A stretch of 64,000 bases of DNA from Nymphaea colorata. Lineage: Eukaryota. A model generated the notes under the pieces. That model saw only the letters and a list, made by a program, of their open reading frames with translations, had not been told where the DNA came from and ran no database searches. Position numbers and translations under genes: made by a program. Shown piece by piece: positions 59,960 to 64,000 of the stretch; position 1 is the first letter of the stretch, and each line of letters starts with the position of its first letter. The stretch is from NCBI RefSeq assembly GCF_008831285.2, contig NC_045138.2:5890001-5954000 (forward strand). The letters are read 5' to 3'.

Positions 59960-60380
59960 CTTCATGATTTGATAAGACGGTGCTTGATTGAAGAATGCTC
60001 CATTAGATACATGCACTCAAGAGATGAACTGAAACTGCATGACATTATCCATATCAATGTGGAAAGGAAAACAGGCATGGCTCCACTACTGAGCACACCT
60101 GCCATTTGTCTCTTGACAATGTGGAGGATCCAGAAATTGCCATATGCAATGCCTGGCCAACATCGTTATAAGTTGCGGACATTGTTGAACGGCATGCATT
60201 CCGTCAATATTGCAAAAATCACAAATTTAAGGTGGTTGAGAGTGTGATCACTGATTGGTTTTTAGATTGGTGAGCTACCCAAGTCCACTGTCGACCTAAG
60301 CTATTCTATTATGACACAGCTACATGACTAAATCGATTGGTAAACTTTATGCAACTTGAGGCATCTTGATTTGGGTTCCT
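59960..60380 (+). pseudogene. Decayed NLR fragment (ARC2 to first LRRs)
   Basis: DLIRRCLIEE..ELKLHDII..KLRTLL..TNLRWLRV parallels DLINRCLFEE..EIKLHDIL..KVRTLL..TNFKWLRV of the intact NLR; frameshifts and stops. Confidence 0.8.
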
Positions 60381-60759
60381 TATCGCACAATTGCTTAATG
60401 AGAAATATGGTCCAATCAGATTGACTGAAAAACTCATTAGATTAACTGAAAAAGGGAAAGAAAATATAAATAACTACTAAAGTTCCATTAAACTCATCTC
60501 CAATTACAAATTGCCCTTACCAATGGTGTCCACTGCCGCTACGAAAGAAATTTGGAAGTGCCATTTGGGGAAGGCATTGGTGAGCACTCGAGTGGCTACC
60601 GATTGGTGGGATGAATATGATTGGCTCCCCGCGGGAGACTGGGCTGATTTTTTGCTGTATCTTTGATGGGGTTTTCTTGATTTGAACTTACTGTTTCGAC
60701 CTCTTCATCTTCCTTCATTCGCTTTACTAATTGTGTGCTTCTTGTGGAAAAGCAGAGTG

Positions 60760-63700
60760 TTGAAAATGATGCTTGCCGATTTTCTCTCCCACCCGTTGAA
60801 TCATTAATGTTGGAGGACATTAATGTTGAGAGGAACGTTGGAAGAGCGTTGGAGAATGATCTCCTTTGGAAATTTACAAACTGCCATGAATACTTTCCTT
60901 AATGACTGATGTTGCCTTGTAAAGAGTCTTTGGTTTTTTTTTCTGTGCACAACACAATAAGAAAAATCACATGAGGTGTGGAGTGCTCTCTCGTGGACCT
61001 AGGTCTGAATGACTGAACCACATAAAATTATGTCCTCTTCTATTTGATTTATCTTCTACATGGTATCAGAGCAAGTTTCTATGGTTGCAACAAACATGGC
61101 GTCAGATTATTCGATTGAACGAATACTCGTTCAAGAACAGGTACCAAGTTCTAAAATCTCCTCTATCCTGCTAGATGGAAGAAATTATCTTGTCTTGGTC
61201 AAAATCTGTTTCCTAATGTCTTAGAGGTAAATCAAAACTCAAATATGTTGATGAAGAAATTATTAAACCAGAAATTCACGATGTTAAGTATAAGGAATGG
61301 AAATCGGTCAATGATGGTTATGTCTTGGCTTTTAAATTTCATAGAATAAAAAATTGCTTGCTACTACTGCCCGTGACATATGGATTAATGCCAAAGAAAT
61401 GTTTGGTGAACAAAATAATGTGGCTCGGATGTATCAATTGTCTTGCTTAATCCATAGTCTAAAGAAAGATTCTCTTTGCAATGCTGATTACTATGGTAAA
61501 ATGGGACATCTATGGGATGAATATGACCTATGCACCATGGCTTATTCGGATAATGCTCAATAAAAAAAAGCTTAGAGAACATGAGAAAGCCTTTCAACTT
61601 CTTGCTGGTCTTGGAAATGACTTTGAGCATCTCCGAAGTCAAATTCTTCTCTCACTGAAATTACCCTTGGTCAATAATATCCTATCTATGCTTATGAGAG
61701 AAGAAACTCATAGACGTGTCATGAACTCATATCAACACAAGCCACAAGCTATTCCATCAGTTGATGGTTCGGATAAGGCAGCATATACTACTACCAATAC
61801 CATTGCCTTTGTTGCCACCATGGGAAAGAAAGACAGCCACGGTTTCCTTGGAAATAAACCAAGAAATCAAAATCGCAGCAAGTTCACCTGTACCTATTGT
61901 GAGAAGGACGGACATACCCGTGAGAGGTGCTGGACATTGCACCGGAAGCCAGGCCAACCTTTGACTCGTCGATCAAATGAATCTGCTACAACTGCCCATT
62001 CTGCTTTTACAGAAAATGTTAACGTATCTGCTCAGCTGAAAACTATTATGGAACTTCTACAAAGTGTTTGCAAAAAAAAAAAAAAACAATTGCTATGGTG
62101 GCTTCGGCAGCTAGCGCAAATACTTCAGGTATGTTTTCTACTCACTTTGATTGGGTTATTGACTCCGGAGCAAGCGAACACATGTGCACCTCAGTTATAG
62201 ATCAATCAAATATTAAATGTGCACCTGGAAATGACTATGTGATTATTGCATATGGATCAAAGGTAAAAGTAGAGCTTACTAGTAATGTTCATCTTCTTGA
62301 TTATGAACAAAATATTAATGTTCTAGTAGTTCCTAGTCTATCTACAAATTTATTATTCGTTTCTAGGCTCACTAAAGAATTGAACTGTGATGTTATATTC
62401 TCATCACATGATGTAGTTTTTTAGGATAGATTGTCAAAGAAGATGATTGGTAAAAGAAGATTAGCTAAAGGTTTATATGTGCTGGAACAAGAAAGCAAAG
62501 CTATGGTTGCTAGACTTGATAGCTCATTGTGGCACAAAAGATTAGGTCACCCTTCTAGCTACAAACTGAATTGTTTATTTTCTACATATTATTATGATTG
62601 TCAAACTTGTGATGTGTGTCACTATGCTAATATGAGTAGACCTCCCTTTCCGAAGTCCGATACTAATGCTGAAAATTCCTTTGATTTGGTTCATTCTGAC
62701 GTATGGGGCCCAACCCCTATGGTTTCATATTTTGGTTTTCGGTATTATGTCACATTTATAGACGATTTCTCAAACGTTACATGGATTTATTTGCTCAAAT
62801 CTAAAGATGAAGTTTTCGATAAATTTCAAATGTTTTATAATATGGTAAAAAATCAAAGGAAAACAAATCAAAATATTAAGGACTGAAAATGGTACTGAAT
62901 AAAAAAAATTTAAATTTGAGTTTTTTGAAAAACAATGTGGCATTGATCATCAATTCACTTGTGTGGGCACTCCTCAACAAAGCAGAGTCACCAAAAGGAA
63001 AAATCAGCATCTTCTTGAAGTTACTCATGCCTTATTATTTCAAATGAATGTCCCTAAGATTTATTGGAGTGATGCCATCATGAATGCCTATTATATTATT
63101 AACAGATTGCCTAGCAAAAATCTTCAGGATCGTGCGCCCCTTGAAATTTGAAAGGGACATAAGCTCAATTTAAATCACATGTGAACCTTTGGATGTGTCG
63201 CTTTTATTTCCGGGCAGCGACAAAACATAGACAAACTTAGTAGTTGTGCTCTTAAATGTATTTTTTTAGAGTATTCTATCTCACAAAAAGGATACCGATG
63301 CTATAGTATAGAAGAAAAACGACTTTTTATATCTAGAGATGTTGTGTTTGATGAAAACACACGTAACTTTCATCACCCAATACCAGAAAATCATATTATG
63401 AAAAAAAAAAAATTCTCTTACATCTAACGTTCTTGATGAGACTTGCCTTCAGAGGGAGATCATGCTACCAACTATGGATCCTTACAATGAGTTTACGGTC
63501 ATAAAAAGAATCCAAATTCAGCAGAAGGAATTCAAGAGGCCAATACTGAAATTGCAGCTCCAGATCATCAGAATGATACCCAAACCACTGTAGTGACTGC
63601 CAACCAAAATGTCACCCAAATCACTATGAGAATATCATAGCGACAAGCCAAGCCACATACTCGATTATCAGATTACGTCACTTATACTTCTACAAGCTAT

Positions 63701-64000
63701 CCTATAGAACATTATATTGAATACGAGAAGATTAACCACATGTATAGAGCATATATATTAAGAGTCTCTAATTGTTCAGAGCCAACTACATATGAAGAAG
63801 CCAAAAGAGACTCGATGTGGTTAAAAGCCATGGATGAAGAACTTAGTGTCTTACATCAAAACAAAACTTGGGATATTGTTATGCTACATCCAAAAAAAAA
63901 GGTTGTTGGGTGTCACTGGGTGTTTAAAATAAAATACAAAAGCAATGAGAGTATTGAAAGATATAAGGCCAGACTTGTCGCAAAAGGGTATACACAGACT
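60760..64000 (+). mobile_element. Degenerate Ty1/copia retrotransposon (5' LTR, gag, protease, integrase, start of RT); runs off the window; LTR start uncertain
   Basis: LTR end ..CTACA at 61060; ILLDGRNYL, CTYCEKDGHTRERC, WVIDSGASEHMC, LWHKRLGHPS, LVHSDVWGP, WLKAMDEEL and IERYKARLVAKGYTQ; multiple stops and frameshifts. Confidence 0.93.
61061..61072 (+). promoter_or_regulatory. Copia primer-binding site (initiator tRNA-Met)
   Basis: TGGTATCAGAGC directly after the LTR-terminal CA. Confidence 0.93.

Overview
Repeat-rich plant nuclear DNA (species not determinable from sequence alone). The only intact host gene is an intronless CC-NB-ARC-LRR resistance gene (minus strand, 17209-21009) whose LRR contains an array of ten ~20-aa repeats. 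It is surrounded by decayed NLR paralogue pieces (about 11940-12010, 27255-27590, 59960-60380), intron-containing fragments of a Pumilio gene and of ERCC1, LINE, hAT and CACTA remnants, hAT-type MITEs and large CT/GA-rich arrays. The right half is dominated by a young Ty3/gypsy element of the Tat/Ogre type (34762-59513, minus strand) with ~3.86-kb LTRs, a CTTAG target-site duplication, a tRNA-Arg-type PBS, an extra plant-mobile-domain ORF, gag-protease and a separate RT-RH-aRH-INT frame. Its coding region appears twice on either side of a 100-N gap, most likely an assembly overlap. A degenerate Ty1/copia element runs off the right end. The most interesting signals are in the Ogre-like element. 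Each of its three ORFs is directly preceded by a branch point, pyrimidine tract and AG followed by its own ATG. A ~20-nt sequence at the end of gag-pro is complementary to the gag splice acceptor and start codon 2.5 kb upstream. Together these suggest (inference, untested) expression through alternatively spliced subgenomic mRNAs switched by long-range RNA pairing.
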